A stretch of DNA of 48,886 bases from Verrucomicrobiota bacterium (GTDB taxonomy: Bacteria; Verrucomicrobiota; Verrucomicrobiia; Limisphaerales; CANJXF01), in the NCBI GenBank assembly GCA_038316905.1, contig JBBQAX010000001.1:1-48886 (forward strand), given 5' to 3'. The position numbers and the translations under genes are program-made. Under the pieces are notes generated by a model. That model was not told the origin of the DNA. It saw only the letters and a list, made by a program, of their open reading frames with translations, and searched no databases. Positions 26,650 to 35,726 of the stretch are shown here, piece by piece (position 1 is the stretch's first letter; each line of letters begins with the position of its first letter).

Positions 26650-27579
26650 GTGTCAAATTTCGTTCACAAAACAGTGATGCTGGCGGAGGCACTGGCAGCG
26701 TTGAACCCAAAGTCGAACGGACGATACGTCGACGGTACGGTCGGTGGAGCTGGTCACGCGGAAGCCATCTTGCAGGCGAGTTCTCCGACTGGATGGCTCT
26801 TTGGAGTCGATCGCGACGCCGCCGCGGTTGATGCCGCCGAAGCGCGGTTGGCGAGATTTGCGGGACGTTTTGAAATTCGGCAGGGGAATTTTGCGGAGAT
26901 GGCGGAGTGGATCGAAGCAGGGAGTTGCGATGGCGTTTTGTTGGATCTGGGAGTGAGTTCGCCGCAACTCGATTGGGCGGAGCGCGGATTTAGTTTTCAG
27001 CAGGACGGTCCGTTGGATATGCGGATGAACAAAAGCCAATCGCTGACCGCGGCGGAACTGGTGAACGAATCGAACGCGGAAGATTTGGCGAATATTTTTT
27101 TTCAGTACGGCGGTGAGCGGGATTCGCGGCGGATGGCGCGAGCGATTGAACGAGATCGGCAAGGGCAAAAATTTGAAACGACGCGGCAGTTGGCAGAATT
27201 GATCGAGCGGATATCGCCTCGGGCGGGAAAGAAGGCGCATCCGGCAACGAAGATTTTTCAGGCGTTACGAATTGCGGTGAACGACGAGATCGGTTCGCTG
27301 AAACGCGGGATGGATGCCGCGATAAAAATTTTGAAACCGGGAGGACGATTGGCGGTGATCACATTTCATTCGCTGGAAGATCGCGTGGTTAAAGATTTCG
27401 GACGGACATTGGCGCGAGATTACACGGTGATCGGCGAGGTTGATGTCCCCGAATTGCGAAAACCTGCTGTCCCGAAAGTGAAGTTGATATCGCGAAAAGC
27501 AATTTTGCCGACGCAAACGGAGATCGATGAGAACCCGCGCAGCCGCAGCGCACAATTGCGGGTGATGGAGAAAATTTAA
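26650..27579 (+). CDS. rsmH: 16S rRNA (cytosine1402-N4)-methyltransferase
   Basis: 'HKTVMLAEALAAL', 'DGTVGGAGHAEAIL', 'LDLGVSSPQLD', 'GFSFQQDGPLDMRM', 'ITFHSLEDRVVK'. GTG start. Confidence 0.95.
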   Translation: MSNFVHKTVMLAEALAALNPKSNGRYVDGTVGGAGHAEAILQASSPTGWLFGVDRDAAAVDAAEARLARFAGRFEIRQGNFAEMAEWIEAGSCDGVLLDLGVSSPQLDWAERGFSFQQDGPLDMRMNKSQSLTAAELVNESNAEDLANIFFQYGGERDSRRMARAIERDRQGQKFETTRQLAELIERISPRAGKKAHPATKIFQALRIAVNDEIGSLKRGMDAAIKILKPGGRLAVITFHSLEDRVVKDFGRTLARDYTVIGEVDVPELRKPAVPKVKLISRKAILPTQTEIDENPRSRSAQLRVMEKI

Positions 27580-27975
27580 ATGGCCAGAAACAGAAAAAGT
27601 CAGTCCGCCGCCGTCCGGTTCGCACCGGCGCTCAAGGCCTTCATGCTTTGCCTGTTCCTTGGCGGATCGGGTGTCGGATATGTCTGGTACAAAAATCAGG
27701 TGACCATCCTCGGCCAGCAAAAAAAGGAACGCGAAGTCCGTTTGGCCGAGTTGCAGCGTCAAAACAAAATGGCGCGGGCGCAGCTCGCTGAACTTTGTTC
27801 GCCCATAAAATTGGAGGCGCGCGTGAAAAGCTTGAACCTTGGACTCGTTGCGCCTCCCGTTTCACAAATTGTGCGGTTGATGGAAACACCGCTCGAAATC
27901 GCAGGTTCTGAGTCGAGAGATAAACCAACAGATTTGCGCCAGGCGCAAACGAATCCTCGTGATCGAGGAAATTAA
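27580..27975 (+). CDS. ftsL: cell division protein FtsL-like (single TM plus coiled coil)
   Basis: Occupies the canonical ftsL position, with its ATG directly after the rsmH stop. TM 'AFMLCLFLGGSGVGYVWY' followed by the coiled coil 'EREVRLAELQRQNKMARAQLAEL'. Confidence 0.6.
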   Translation: MARNRKSQSAAVRFAPALKAFMLCLFLGGSGVGYVWYKNQVTILGQQKKEREVRLAELQRQNKMARAQLAELCSPIKLEARVKSLNLGLVAPPVSQIVRLMETPLEIAGSESRDKPTDLRQAQTNPRDRGN

Positions 27976-28047
27976 TTTTTACCGCCGCCCGAGCATGTTC
28001 GGAGGAGGAACCGAACGGCGCGGGCGGTAGGTAAATTCTAAAAAGCC

Positions 28048-29901
28048 ATGCAGAATGCGGGTCAAATTTTTCGATTGCGAGTGCTGGCTTACTCATTTTC
28101 TGCCGCACTGGTTTTCCTTGGCTATCGATTGGTTGACCTTCAGGTCTTCCGTCACACCGAACTTCGCGCGAAAGCGAACAACAATACTCAACGCACCATC
28201 GCCCGTGTTCCGTTGCGTGGACAAATTCGAGATATTCGCGGCGTTCCGCTTGCCACCAGTGTTCAGGCCAAAATCGTTTGCGCTGATCCGAAAATGATTG
28301 GCGAACGCTGGCCGGAAATGGCGCGCGCCCTCTCGCCTCTGCTCCAGATGAGTGAAGCTGAACTGGCGAAACGTTTGGAACCACGCGTGGTGCGTTATCT
28401 CACCAACGGCACGCCTGTTATCGATCAACACGTCGTTCTAAAAAACAAAGTGAGGATCGAAGATTGGGAAAAAATTCGTGATGCAATTGCGGAATATTCT
28501 TTCGGAATGGAAGAGAGCGCCTTGACGAAAGCGCAGAAAACGTATCTCAAAAATCTCCGTCACAAAGCGGTGTTCACCGAGGAAGATCAACTTCGAGTTT
28601 ACCCGAATGAATCGCTTGCTTCGCACGTGTTGGGTTACGTCGGAAACGGAGATGCAGGAGAAATGATCGGACGAAATGGAATCGAACTCTCGATGGAAAC
28701 CAAGCTTAGCGGCGTCGCAGGTTGGCGTCGAACCGAGATGGACAGCCGACGCAAGGAACTGGTGGCGTATCGCGACCAGGATGTGGAGGCCCGCGACGGA
28801 ATAAATGTCGTCCTGACCATCGACGCTGGATTGCAATACATCGTCGAAACTGAATTGGCCGAGGCCGCCGCCAAACACACGCCGATCAGTATTTCCGCCA
28901 TCATGGTTCGTCCGCGCACGGGAGAAATTCTAGCGATGGCGACGTTGCCAAATTTTGATCCGAATCGCCCGAGCGCATTTTCGATGGACGCATTGCGCAA
29001 TCGAGCTATCTCCGACATCGCCGAGCCGGGTTCGACCTTCAAGATCGTCGTGGTGGCCAGCGCGCTGAACGACAACGTCGTCAAATACACGGACCAATTC
29101 GATTGTGAGAATGGACGGTTTCCGTTTGCCGGTCGCGTCCTGCACGACGACCACGCTTACGGTCTGCTTTCGACCGAGGGAATCATCACCAAATCTTCGA
29201 ACATTGGCGCAGCGAAAATCGGGATCAAGTTGGGTCCTGATCGACTCTACGAGTGCATCCGCAATTTTGGTTTCGGTTCGCGCACGGGGTTGCCCTTGTT
29301 AGGTGAAGTTGGCGGGATTGTTCATCCGGTCAAAGATTGGAGCAAAGTTTCCATCGCACAAATTCCGATGGGCCATGGACTCGCTGCGACCCCGTTGCAA
29401 ATGGTGATGGCGATGAGCGCAATTGCGAACGACGGACGATTGATGCGGCCAATGCTGATTGATCGTCTCGAAGATGAGCAGGGGCGTGTCATTGCCAAAT
29501 ACGGGCCGCAGGTCATGCGCGAGGTTGTTTCTTCAACTGCGGCGCGGCAAATGGTCACGGCATTGAAAACGGTCGTGCATCCCGGCGGCACGGCTGAGAA
29601 AGCGAAGCTCGATCATTACACGGTGGCAGGAAAAACCGGCACCGCGCAAAAAGCCGGTCCAGGCGGATACGTCCGCGGGAAATTTTTCAGTTCGTTCATC
29701 GGATTCTTTCCAGCGGATAATCCGGAACTTTGCATTTCCATCGTGATGGACGAACCGAAGAACGGTTATTACGGCGGGCAAACTGCCGCGCCCTTTTTCA
29801 AAAATATCGCAGAACGGTCGGCGAATTATTTGAACATCAAGCCAGACATTTTTCCTGAGCTGGAACCGAAGGAAACCTTGGCAGTGAGGAGTAATAAATG
29901 A
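28048..29901 (+). CDS. ftsI: peptidoglycan D,D-transpeptidase FtsI (class B PBP)
   Basis: N-terminal TM and PBP dimerisation region. Transpeptidase motifs 'GSTFK', 'KSSNIG', 'GKTGTAQ'. Confidence 0.9.
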   Translation: MQNAGQIFRLRVLAYSFSAALVFLGYRLVDLQVFRHTELRAKANNNTQRTIARVPLRGQIRDIRGVPLATSVQAKIVCADPKMIGERWPEMARALSPLLQMSEAELAKRLEPRVVRYLTNGTPVIDQHVVLKNKVRIEDWEKIRDAIAEYSFGMEESALTKAQKTYLKNLRHKAVFTEEDQLRVYPNESLASHVLGYVGNGDAGEMIGRNGIELSMETKLSGVAGWRRTEMDSRRKELVAYRDQDVEARDGINVVLTIDAGLQYIVETELAEAAAKHTPISISAIMVRPRTGEILAMATLPNFDPNRPSAFSMDALRNRAISDIAEPGSTFKIVVVASALNDNVVKYTDQFDCENGRFPFAGRVLHDDHAYGLLSTEGIITKSSNIGAAKIGIKLGPDRLYECIRNFGFGSRTGLPLLGEVGGIVHPVKDWSKVSIAQIPMGHGLAATPLQMVMAMSAIANDGRLMRPMLIDRLEDEQGRVIAKYGPQVMREVVSSTAARQMVTALKTVVHPGGTAEKAKLDHYTVAGKTGTAQKAGPGGYVRGKFFSSFIGFFPADNPELCISIVMDEPKNGYYGGQTAAPFFKNIAERSANYLNIKPDIFPELEPKETLAVRSNK

Positions 29902-30620
29902 ACCCATCTGGACGCCCACATTTGCTTGGTCTGCTCGCGGGACTTTTCCTGGCCGCAGGTTTGATCTGTTCCACCATGCTCGTCACGCGAGCGTGGGTGA
30001 AAGTTGCCGAAGCGCAAACGATTCAAGTGACTGGTTCAGCCCGCAGAAATGTTGAATCAGACCTGATTGTGTGGCGCAGCTATTTCTCCACCGAAGCCGA
30101 CACACTGCTGGAAGCTCAACTCCGGTTGAAGAGCGATCTTCTCAAAGTTGAAGCGTTTCTAAAATCGAATGGCTTCACGAATTATTCGCTCTCGCCCATT
30201 TCGATTCAACGGCTGAGGACGATGGACAATCAGCAAAAGCCCGCAGGATTTCAACTGACGCAATCCGTGGAAATCAATTCTCCGGAAGTGGAAAAAGTCG
30301 CCGCGTTGGATCGCAACTCGACCTCTCTGGTGGAGCAGGGCGTGATGTTCAGCACCTCGTCCTCCGAATTTATTTATACGAAAGCCGGCGAAGCAAAAAT
30401 CGAGATGCTCGCGGAAGCGACGAAAGACGCCCGTGCTCGCGCTGAACAAATTGCCGAGCAAGGCGGACGGAAAATTCACCAGCTTCGCGCGGCGAAAATG
30501 GGTGTGTTTCAGATCACGCCGCTGCATTCATTGCAAACAAGTTGGGAAGGCGTGAACGACACTTCTTCATTCGAAAAAACCATCACCTCAGTCGTGACAA
30601 CGTCTTTCTCTTTGAAATAA
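29898..30620 (+). CDS. SIMPL (DUF541) domain protein, membrane anchored
   Basis: N-terminal TM 'LLGLLAGLFLAAGLICSTMLV'. 'TIQVTGSARRNVESDLIVWRSYFSTEADTLLEAQLRLKSDLLKVEAFLKSNG' and 'ARARAEQIAEQGGRKIHQLRAAKMGVFQI' follow the SIMPL pattern. ATGA overlap with the ftsI stop, and the murF ATG follows its TAA directly. Confidence 0.65.
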   Translation: MNPSGRPHLLGLLAGLFLAAGLICSTMLVTRAWVKVAEAQTIQVTGSARRNVESDLIVWRSYFSTEADTLLEAQLRLKSDLLKVEAFLKSNGFTNYSLSPISIQRLRTMDNQQKPAGFQLTQSVEINSPEVEKVAALDRNSTSLVEQGVMFSTSSSEFIYTKAGEAKIEMLAEATKDARARAEQIAEQGGRKIHQLRAAKMGVFQITPLHSLQTSWEGVNDTSSFEKTITSVVTTSFSLK

Positions 30621-31994
30621 ATGGAACCCCGCTCTCTAAAATATTTGGCGGACGCTTGCGGGGGAGAATTGCGCAACGGCTCGCCGCAACGCTTGGCGAC
30701 GAACATCTGCACGGATTCGAGGAAAGCCGGGCCAGGTGATTTGTTTTTCGCTTTGGCTGGCGATCGTTTTGATGCGCACAGTTTTTTACCGGAGGTCGCA
30801 AAAAACGGGGTAATTGCAGTGGTGGCGGAGCGGAACAAAATTCCTGCTGATTTTCTCACGACGGTCATCGCCGTGGACAATACTCGTCAGGCGTTGGGGA
30901 ATCTGGCCGCGCGTTATCGCAAGGATTTTGACCTGCCGGTCATCGCGGTTGGCGGCTCGAACGGCAAGACCACGACCAAGGATTTGCTCGCCTCCGTGCT
31001 GCAACAAAAGTTCTCCGCACTTTGGAGTGAAGCCAGCTTCAACAACGACATTGGTGTGCCGGTGACTCTTTTAAATTTGCGGGACGATCATCAAGTCGCT
31101 GTGCTCGAAGTTGGCACGAACCATCCCGGTGAGCTGGCACCCTTATTGCACCTGATTCAGCCTGGAATGGGAGTCATTACCAGCATCGGTCGCGAGCATC
31201 TGGAATTTTTTGGTGACATGGCTGGAGTGGCAAAGGAGGAGGGAAGTCTGGCGGAGCAATTGCCTGCCGGAGGCACGCTCTTTGTTAATGGCGATAACGA
31301 ATGGATGGAGGCGATTGTCAAACGCAGTCGCGCCAAAGTTTTGCGAATCGGTTTTAACGATCGAAATGATTTTTCCGCGCGCGATGTTCGATTTGACGAA
31401 TCCGGTGTCACGTTTTTGGTCAAAGCTGCGCGCAAAGATTTGTCCGGCGAATATCGAATCAAACTTTTAGGGCAACACCAGGTGATCAACGCGTTGCTGG
31501 CAATTTCTGTGGCAGGCGAACTCGGGCTGAATCGCGCAGAAATCCAAAAAGGACTTTTGCAATGCGAACCCGCCAAGATGCGTCTGCAAACGTGGACAAC
31601 CAACGGCGTTCAAATTCTCGACGACAGCTATAACGCCAATGCTGATTCCATGTTGGCGGCGTTGGAAACGTTGCGCGACATGCCTTGTCACGGACGCAGG
31701 GTCGCTGTCTTGGGCGACATGGCGGAACTGGGAGAACACACTGTTCCAGCCCACGCTGAAGTTGGACGTCACTCCGCCGAAATGGGAATCAATCATCTTT
31801 TCACGGTTGGAACGATGTCACGAATTACCGCTGACGCTGCGCGCGATGCTGGGCTTCGCGACATTACAGAGTGTTCGGATGTTGATGTTGCAGGCGCTGC
31901 TCTGAAGAAATTTTTACAACCCGGTGATCTCGTTTTGTTGAAAGCGTCCCGATCGACTCGTCTCGAACGCGTTGGCGAGATTTTAAAAAGGTAA
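30621..31994 (+). CDS. murF: UDP-N-acetylmuramoyl-tripeptide--D-alanyl-D-alanine ligase
   Basis: 'VGGSNGKTTTKD', 'SFNNDIGVP', 'LDDSYNANADSM', 'VLGDMAELGEH', 'LLKASRSTRLE'. Confidence 0.9.
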   Translation: MEPRSLKYLADACGGELRNGSPQRLATNICTDSRKAGPGDLFFALAGDRFDAHSFLPEVAKNGVIAVVAERNKIPADFLTTVIAVDNTRQALGNLAARYRKDFDLPVIAVGGSNGKTTTKDLLASVLQQKFSALWSEASFNNDIGVPVTLLNLRDDHQVAVLEVGTNHPGELAPLLHLIQPGMGVITSIGREHLEFFGDMAGVAKEEGSLAEQLPAGGTLFVNGDNEWMEAIVKRSRAKVLRIGFNDRNDFSARDVRFDESGVTFLVKAARKDLSGEYRIKLLGQHQVINALLAISVAGELGLNRAEIQKGLLQCEPAKMRLQTWTTNGVQILDDSYNANADSMLAALETLRDMPCHGRRVAVLGDMAELGEHTVPAHAEVGRHSAEMGINHLFTVGTMSRITADAARDAGLRDITECSDVDVAGAALKKFLQPGDLVLLKASRSTRLERVGEILKR

Positions 31995-31996
31995 CT

Positions 31997-32176
31997 ATGC
32001 AAATTATCAGTTCAAAAAAGGAGCCGCAGAAGTTAGCGCGAGAGAAGGCGCATCGCTCAAACCTTCGCGCGTTGGCGCGCACCACAGGGGTTCCCGAATT
32101 CATGCTGAGATTCGCTGAACAACGGCATTTGAAAATTTTCCCGGAACAATTTGTCCCGAAATATCGGCACGACTAA
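31997..32176 (+). CDS. small basic ORF (59 aa) exactly filling the murF-mraY gap; not in the supplied ORF track
   Basis: Hand translation from ATG 31997: 'MQIISSKKEPQKLAREKAHRSNLRALARTTGVPEFMLRFAEQRHLKIFPEQFVPKYRHD*'. It starts 2 nt after the murF TAA, and its TAA (32174-32176) abuts the mraY ATG (32177). Confidence 0.5.
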   Translation: MQIISSKKEPQKLAREKAHRSNLRALARTTGVPEFMLRFAEQRHLKIFPEQFVPKYRHD

Positions 32177-33331
32177 ATGTTTTATTACCTGAGCCAACAA
32201 TTGATCGAATGGTCGGCGGGAACGCGATGGGAAAGCGTTTTCTCGCCGTTGCGGCTTTTTAATTACATCACCGTTCGGAGCGCGGGCGCGGCGGTCACTG
32301 CATTACTGCTCAGCTTGTGGCTCGGACCCAAAATCATCAATTGGCTCAAACAATTGAAATTTGGCCAGGATTACGTTGATAAAGCAGAGGAAGGCGGAAC
32401 GCTCGCGGCACGGGTCCTGAGCAAACGCGGCACGCCGACGATGGGTGGATTTCTAATCGTGCTCGTCCTGGATTTGACCACGCTGCTTTGGGCGCAGTGG
32501 AACACGCTGATTTTGTTGACGTTACTGTCCGTGGTCGTGATGGCGGGACTTGGTTTCTACGACGACTACGCAAAGATCACGCAGCAAAACAGCAAGGGCG
32601 CGGCGTCACACGTGAAACTTTGGGTGCAAGGAATTCTGGCTTTGTTTATCGCCCTTTACCTCTGGAGACTGCCCGCCACCAGCACTCTCATTTCCGAGGT
32701 CATGGTGCCCTTTTACAAATATCCGGTCGCGACCGGAACGATCGGGGTCGTGATCGGAATTACTCTTACCGCGTTAACGATTATCGGAAGCTCCAATGCT
32801 GTGAACCTGACGGACGGCCTCGACGGTCTGGCCATCGGATGCACAGTGATTGTCTCCTTCGTCTTTCTCGTGTTGACCTACGTATCAGGCAACGCGGTGA
32901 TCGCGAATTATTTGCAAGTTCCACACGTTTCCGGCGCAGGTGAACTCACGGTGTTTTGCGCAGCGATGATCGGAGCGGGTCTGGGGTTTCTCTGGTTCAA
33001 CTGTCATCCCGCCAGAGTTTTCATGGGCGATACTGGTTCGCTGCCGCTCGGCGGAGTTTTGGGAATTATCGCTGTGCTCATTCATCAACCGCTCGTGCTG
33101 GTTATTGCTGGCGGCGTCTTCGTCGCGGAAGCGGGATCGGTCATTATTCAGCGCGGCTGGTTCAAATACACCAAAAGGAGGTATGGCGTGGGCAGACGCT
33201 TTTTCCTGATGGCCCCGTTGCATCATCACTTTGAAAAAAAAGGATGGTATGAATCGCAAGTCGTCACCCGCTTTTATATTCTGGGAGTTCTCTGTGCGGT
33301 CATCGCACTGAGCACATTGAAAATCCGTTAA
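32177..33331 (+). CDS. mraY: phospho-N-acetylmuramoyl-pentapeptide-transferase
   Basis: 'KRGTPTMGG', 'SNAVNLTDGLDGLA', 'FMGDTGSLPLGG', 'APLHHHFE'. Confidence 0.95.
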   Translation: MFYYLSQQLIEWSAGTRWESVFSPLRLFNYITVRSAGAAVTALLLSLWLGPKIINWLKQLKFGQDYVDKAEEGGTLAARVLSKRGTPTMGGFLIVLVLDLTTLLWAQWNTLILLTLLSVVVMAGLGFYDDYAKITQQNSKGAASHVKLWVQGILALFIALYLWRLPATSTLISEVMVPFYKYPVATGTIGVVIGITLTALTIIGSSNAVNLTDGLDGLAIGCTVIVSFVFLVLTYVSGNAVIANYLQVPHVSGAGELTVFCAAMIGAGLGFLWFNCHPARVFMGDTGSLPLGGVLGIIAVLIHQPLVLVIAGGVFVAEAGSVIIQRGWFKYTKRRYGVGRRFFLMAPLHHHFEKKGWYESQVVTRFYILGVLCAVIALSTLKIR

Positions 33332-34764
33332 TGATCGCTCTCGAAAATAAAAAAGTTTTGGTGCTGGGACTGAGTCCGAGCGGAATTGCCGCGTCTCGTT
33401 TGCTCGCTAAATCAGGCGCATCCGTTGTTTTGCTCGACCAACGCAACAATGCGGATTGCCGACGTTTGGCGAAAGAAATCGCTGATCCGGAAATCAACGT
33501 GCAATTGGACGCTGGCACAATTCCACCGGAGATTTTTGATTTTGCGGTGGTTTCCCCCGAAATTCAGCTCCGCGACCCGCTGCTGGCCGAGGTGCAACAA
33601 AAGGAAATTCCCATCATTGGAGAATTGGAGTTGGGCTACCAACAATCGCTCTGCCTGAACATCGCAGTTACCGGAACCAACGGACGCACGACATCAACGC
33701 AACTCATTGAAAAAATTCTGACGCATTGCCATCGCAAGACCGCCATTTCCGACCAGTTACATATCCCAATATCCTCGCTGGTGACGCAATCCAAGGAGCT
33801 GGATTTTCTCACCACGGAAGTCAGTTCGTTCCAATTGGAACACATCAAGTTTTTCCGCCCCACGATCGCCGTGTTGCTCAACATTGCGCAGGACCATCTG
33901 GATCGCTACGCGAGCATGGCCGAATACGTCCAAACGCAGGCACGCATTTTCGCCAATCAACAAGCGTTCGATTGGGCCATCGTGCAAAGTGAAGCGCTCG
34001 CGCAACTCCGCGCGTTGGACATTCCCGTTCCAGCGAAGGTGATTACGTTTAGCGCAAACAATCGTCGCGCCGATATTTTTCTCGACCGCGGTTTGATTGT
34101 CAGCCGACTTGAAGGTTGGGCTGGGCCGTTGCTGGACATGGCCAAGTGCAAAATACGGGGACCGCACAATGCCGAAAGTTTGATGGTCGCGCTGGCTGTG
34201 GGACGCGTGTTGCGTCTGCCGCTGGAACAAAGCGCCGAAGCGTTGAAGAACTACGAACTTCCGCCGCACCGTTCCGAATTTGTTGCTGAAGTCAACGGCG
34301 TCAAATTCATCAACGATTCCAAAGCGACGAATGTGGGCGCCGTGAACCGCGCGTTGCTTTCCATTCCCGAAGGCCGCGCGGGCGAAGCGAATGTCTGGTT
34401 GATTGCCGGTGGCCGTGACAAAAAGTTTGATTTTCATGACATTGGACCGCTCCTTTCGCAACGCGTCAAAGGCGCATTTTTGATCGGTGAAGCGCGAGAA
34501 AAAATTCGTGCGGCGTGGAGTCTGTTTACTCCTTGCACCCTTGCGGATTCATTGCTAGAAGCTCTGCGCGAAGCGACGAAATCAGCAGTTGCAGGAGATG
34601 TTGTTTTGCTTTCACCCGCTTGTTCGAGTCTTGACCAATTTCGCGGCTATGAACACCGGGGTGAAGTGTATCGAAAAGCGGTCCAGGAGTGGGCGAGCAC
34701 CGCATCTAGTGAGGGACACTCCACCGACCACAAGGAATTGGAACGAAATGTGCAATTAGGCTGA
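33331..34764 (+). CDS. murD: UDP-N-acetylmuramoylalanine--D-glutamate ligase
   Basis: 'VLVLGLSPSGIAASRLL', 'VTGTNGRTTSTQL', 'INDSKATN'. TAATG overlap with mraY. Confidence 0.9.
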   Translation: MIALENKKVLVLGLSPSGIAASRLLAKSGASVVLLDQRNNADCRRLAKEIADPEINVQLDAGTIPPEIFDFAVVSPEIQLRDPLLAEVQQKEIPIIGELELGYQQSLCLNIAVTGTNGRTTSTQLIEKILTHCHRKTAISDQLHIPISSLVTQSKELDFLTTEVSSFQLEHIKFFRPTIAVLLNIAQDHLDRYASMAEYVQTQARIFANQQAFDWAIVQSEALAQLRALDIPVPAKVITFSANNRRADIFLDRGLIVSRLEGWAGPLLDMAKCKIRGPHNAESLMVALAVGRVLRLPLEQSAEALKNYELPPHRSEFVAEVNGVKFINDSKATNVGAVNRALLSIPEGRAGEANVWLIAGGRDKKFDFHDIGPLLSQRVKGAFLIGEAREKIRAAWSLFTPCTLADSLLEALREATKSAVAGDVVLLSPACSSLDQFRGYEHRGEVYRKAVQEWASTASSEGHSTDHKELERNVQLG

Positions 34765-34890
34765 GCTGACGAACGTCGCGAAAAAATAAATTTAGTAAAA
34801 CAGATTTGCATCGAGGTTTTTTGAGGGAAAACCCCGGCGCAAAAACAAACAAACACCTCAAAAAAAAACGCAGGTTGCGCCAAATAAAAA

Positions 34891-35625
34891 ATGAACACAC
34901 CAAATCCACTTATCCCGCAAGGATCGCTCCAGTCGCGGGGCAAATCTACCGTTCGGATCGCCTTCTTTTCAATTCTCGCCATTCACGTCCTGGTTTTCGG
35001 CGGCTTGCTGATGCAAGGCTGCAAAAAATCTGAAGACAAAGCGGTAGTTGTTGAAGACACCAACGAAGTTGCACCATTGCCGCCAATCGATTTGGCAGAC
35101 ACCAATGTTGCTGACACTAATTACGCTGCACCAACCGTCAGCAATGCCGCGCCTCCCGAAGTTGCGCCGCCAGCCTACGAAGTGACTCCGGCTGTTGCTC
35201 CTGAACCAACGGCGAGTCGCGAATATGTGATCACCAAAGGCGACAGCTTTTCGTCTATTGCCAAAAAAATGGGGGTTTCCGTCCGTGCAATTGAGCAGGC
35301 GAACCCGGGCGTTAATCCCAGCCGTTTGCAAATCGGAAAGAAACTGCAAATTCCAGCGGCCGGAGATACCACTTCGACTTCATCGTCCAGCGCGCGAGCA
35401 CCGGGCAATGGCGACAGCACGACCTACACGGTTAAATCAGGCGACATGCTTGAAAAAATCGCGCGCCGCCACGGCACGACCGCTAAAACGATCATGCGCT
35501 TGAACAACTTGAAAACGACGATGATCAAGCCCGGACAAAAGTTGAAATTGCCAACGAGCGCTCCGGTCACTGCGCCTGAGCCACCCACGAGTCCGAACTA
35601 TGTGACTCCGTTGCCGACTCCGTAA
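34891..35625 (+). CDS. membrane-anchored protein with two LysM domains
   Basis: TM 'IAFFSILAIHVLVFGGLLM', a Pro/Ala-rich linker, then LysM repeats 'YVITKGDSFSSIAKKMGVSVRAIEQANPGVNPSRLQIGKKLQIP' and 'YTVKSGDMLEKIARRHGTTAKTIMRLNNLKTTMIKPGQKLKLP'. Confidence 0.8.
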   Translation: MNTPNPLIPQGSLQSRGKSTVRIAFFSILAIHVLVFGGLLMQGCKKSEDKAVVVEDTNEVAPLPPIDLADTNVADTNYAAPTVSNAAPPEVAPPAYEVTPAVAPEPTASREYVITKGDSFSSIAKKMGVSVRAIEQANPGVNPSRLQIGKKLQIPAAGDTTSTSSSSARAPGNGDSTTYTVKSGDMLEKIARRHGTTAKTIMRLNNLKTTMIKPGQKLKLPTSAPVTAPEPPTSPNYVTPLPTP

Positions 35626-35636
35626 GTTTCTTTCGC

Positions 35637-35665
35637 GGACGCCGGGGAACCTCAACCCGGCGTCC
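35637..35665 (+). other. GC-rich stem-loop between the LysM gene and ftsW (no U-tract)
   Basis: Stem ggacgccggg(35637-35646)/cccggcgtcc(35656-35665) with a 9-nt loop. Confidence 0.5.
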
Positions 35666-35726
35666 GATTCCGATTGGATTCAGTTTCGTTCCCGACTTTC
35701 CACAAAAGATTCCGCCGAAGCCCTCG

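Noticed and set aside
27980-28029. Nested hairpin in the ftsL-ftsI spacer: taccgcc/ggcggta outside and gttcgg/ccgaac inside, with GGAGGAGGA in the loop.
   Set aside because: The structure is real but short. The SD-like loop lies ~40 nt from the ftsI ATG, and I cannot attach a function to it. It is noted only.
30621-31994. Whether the single Mur ligase after ftsI is really MurE rather than MurF.
   Set aside because: The sequence carries MurF hallmarks (SFNNDIGVP, DDSYNANADSM, VLGDMAELG, KASRSTRLE) and lacks the MurE-type DNPR-like motif as far as I can see. It is kept as murF.
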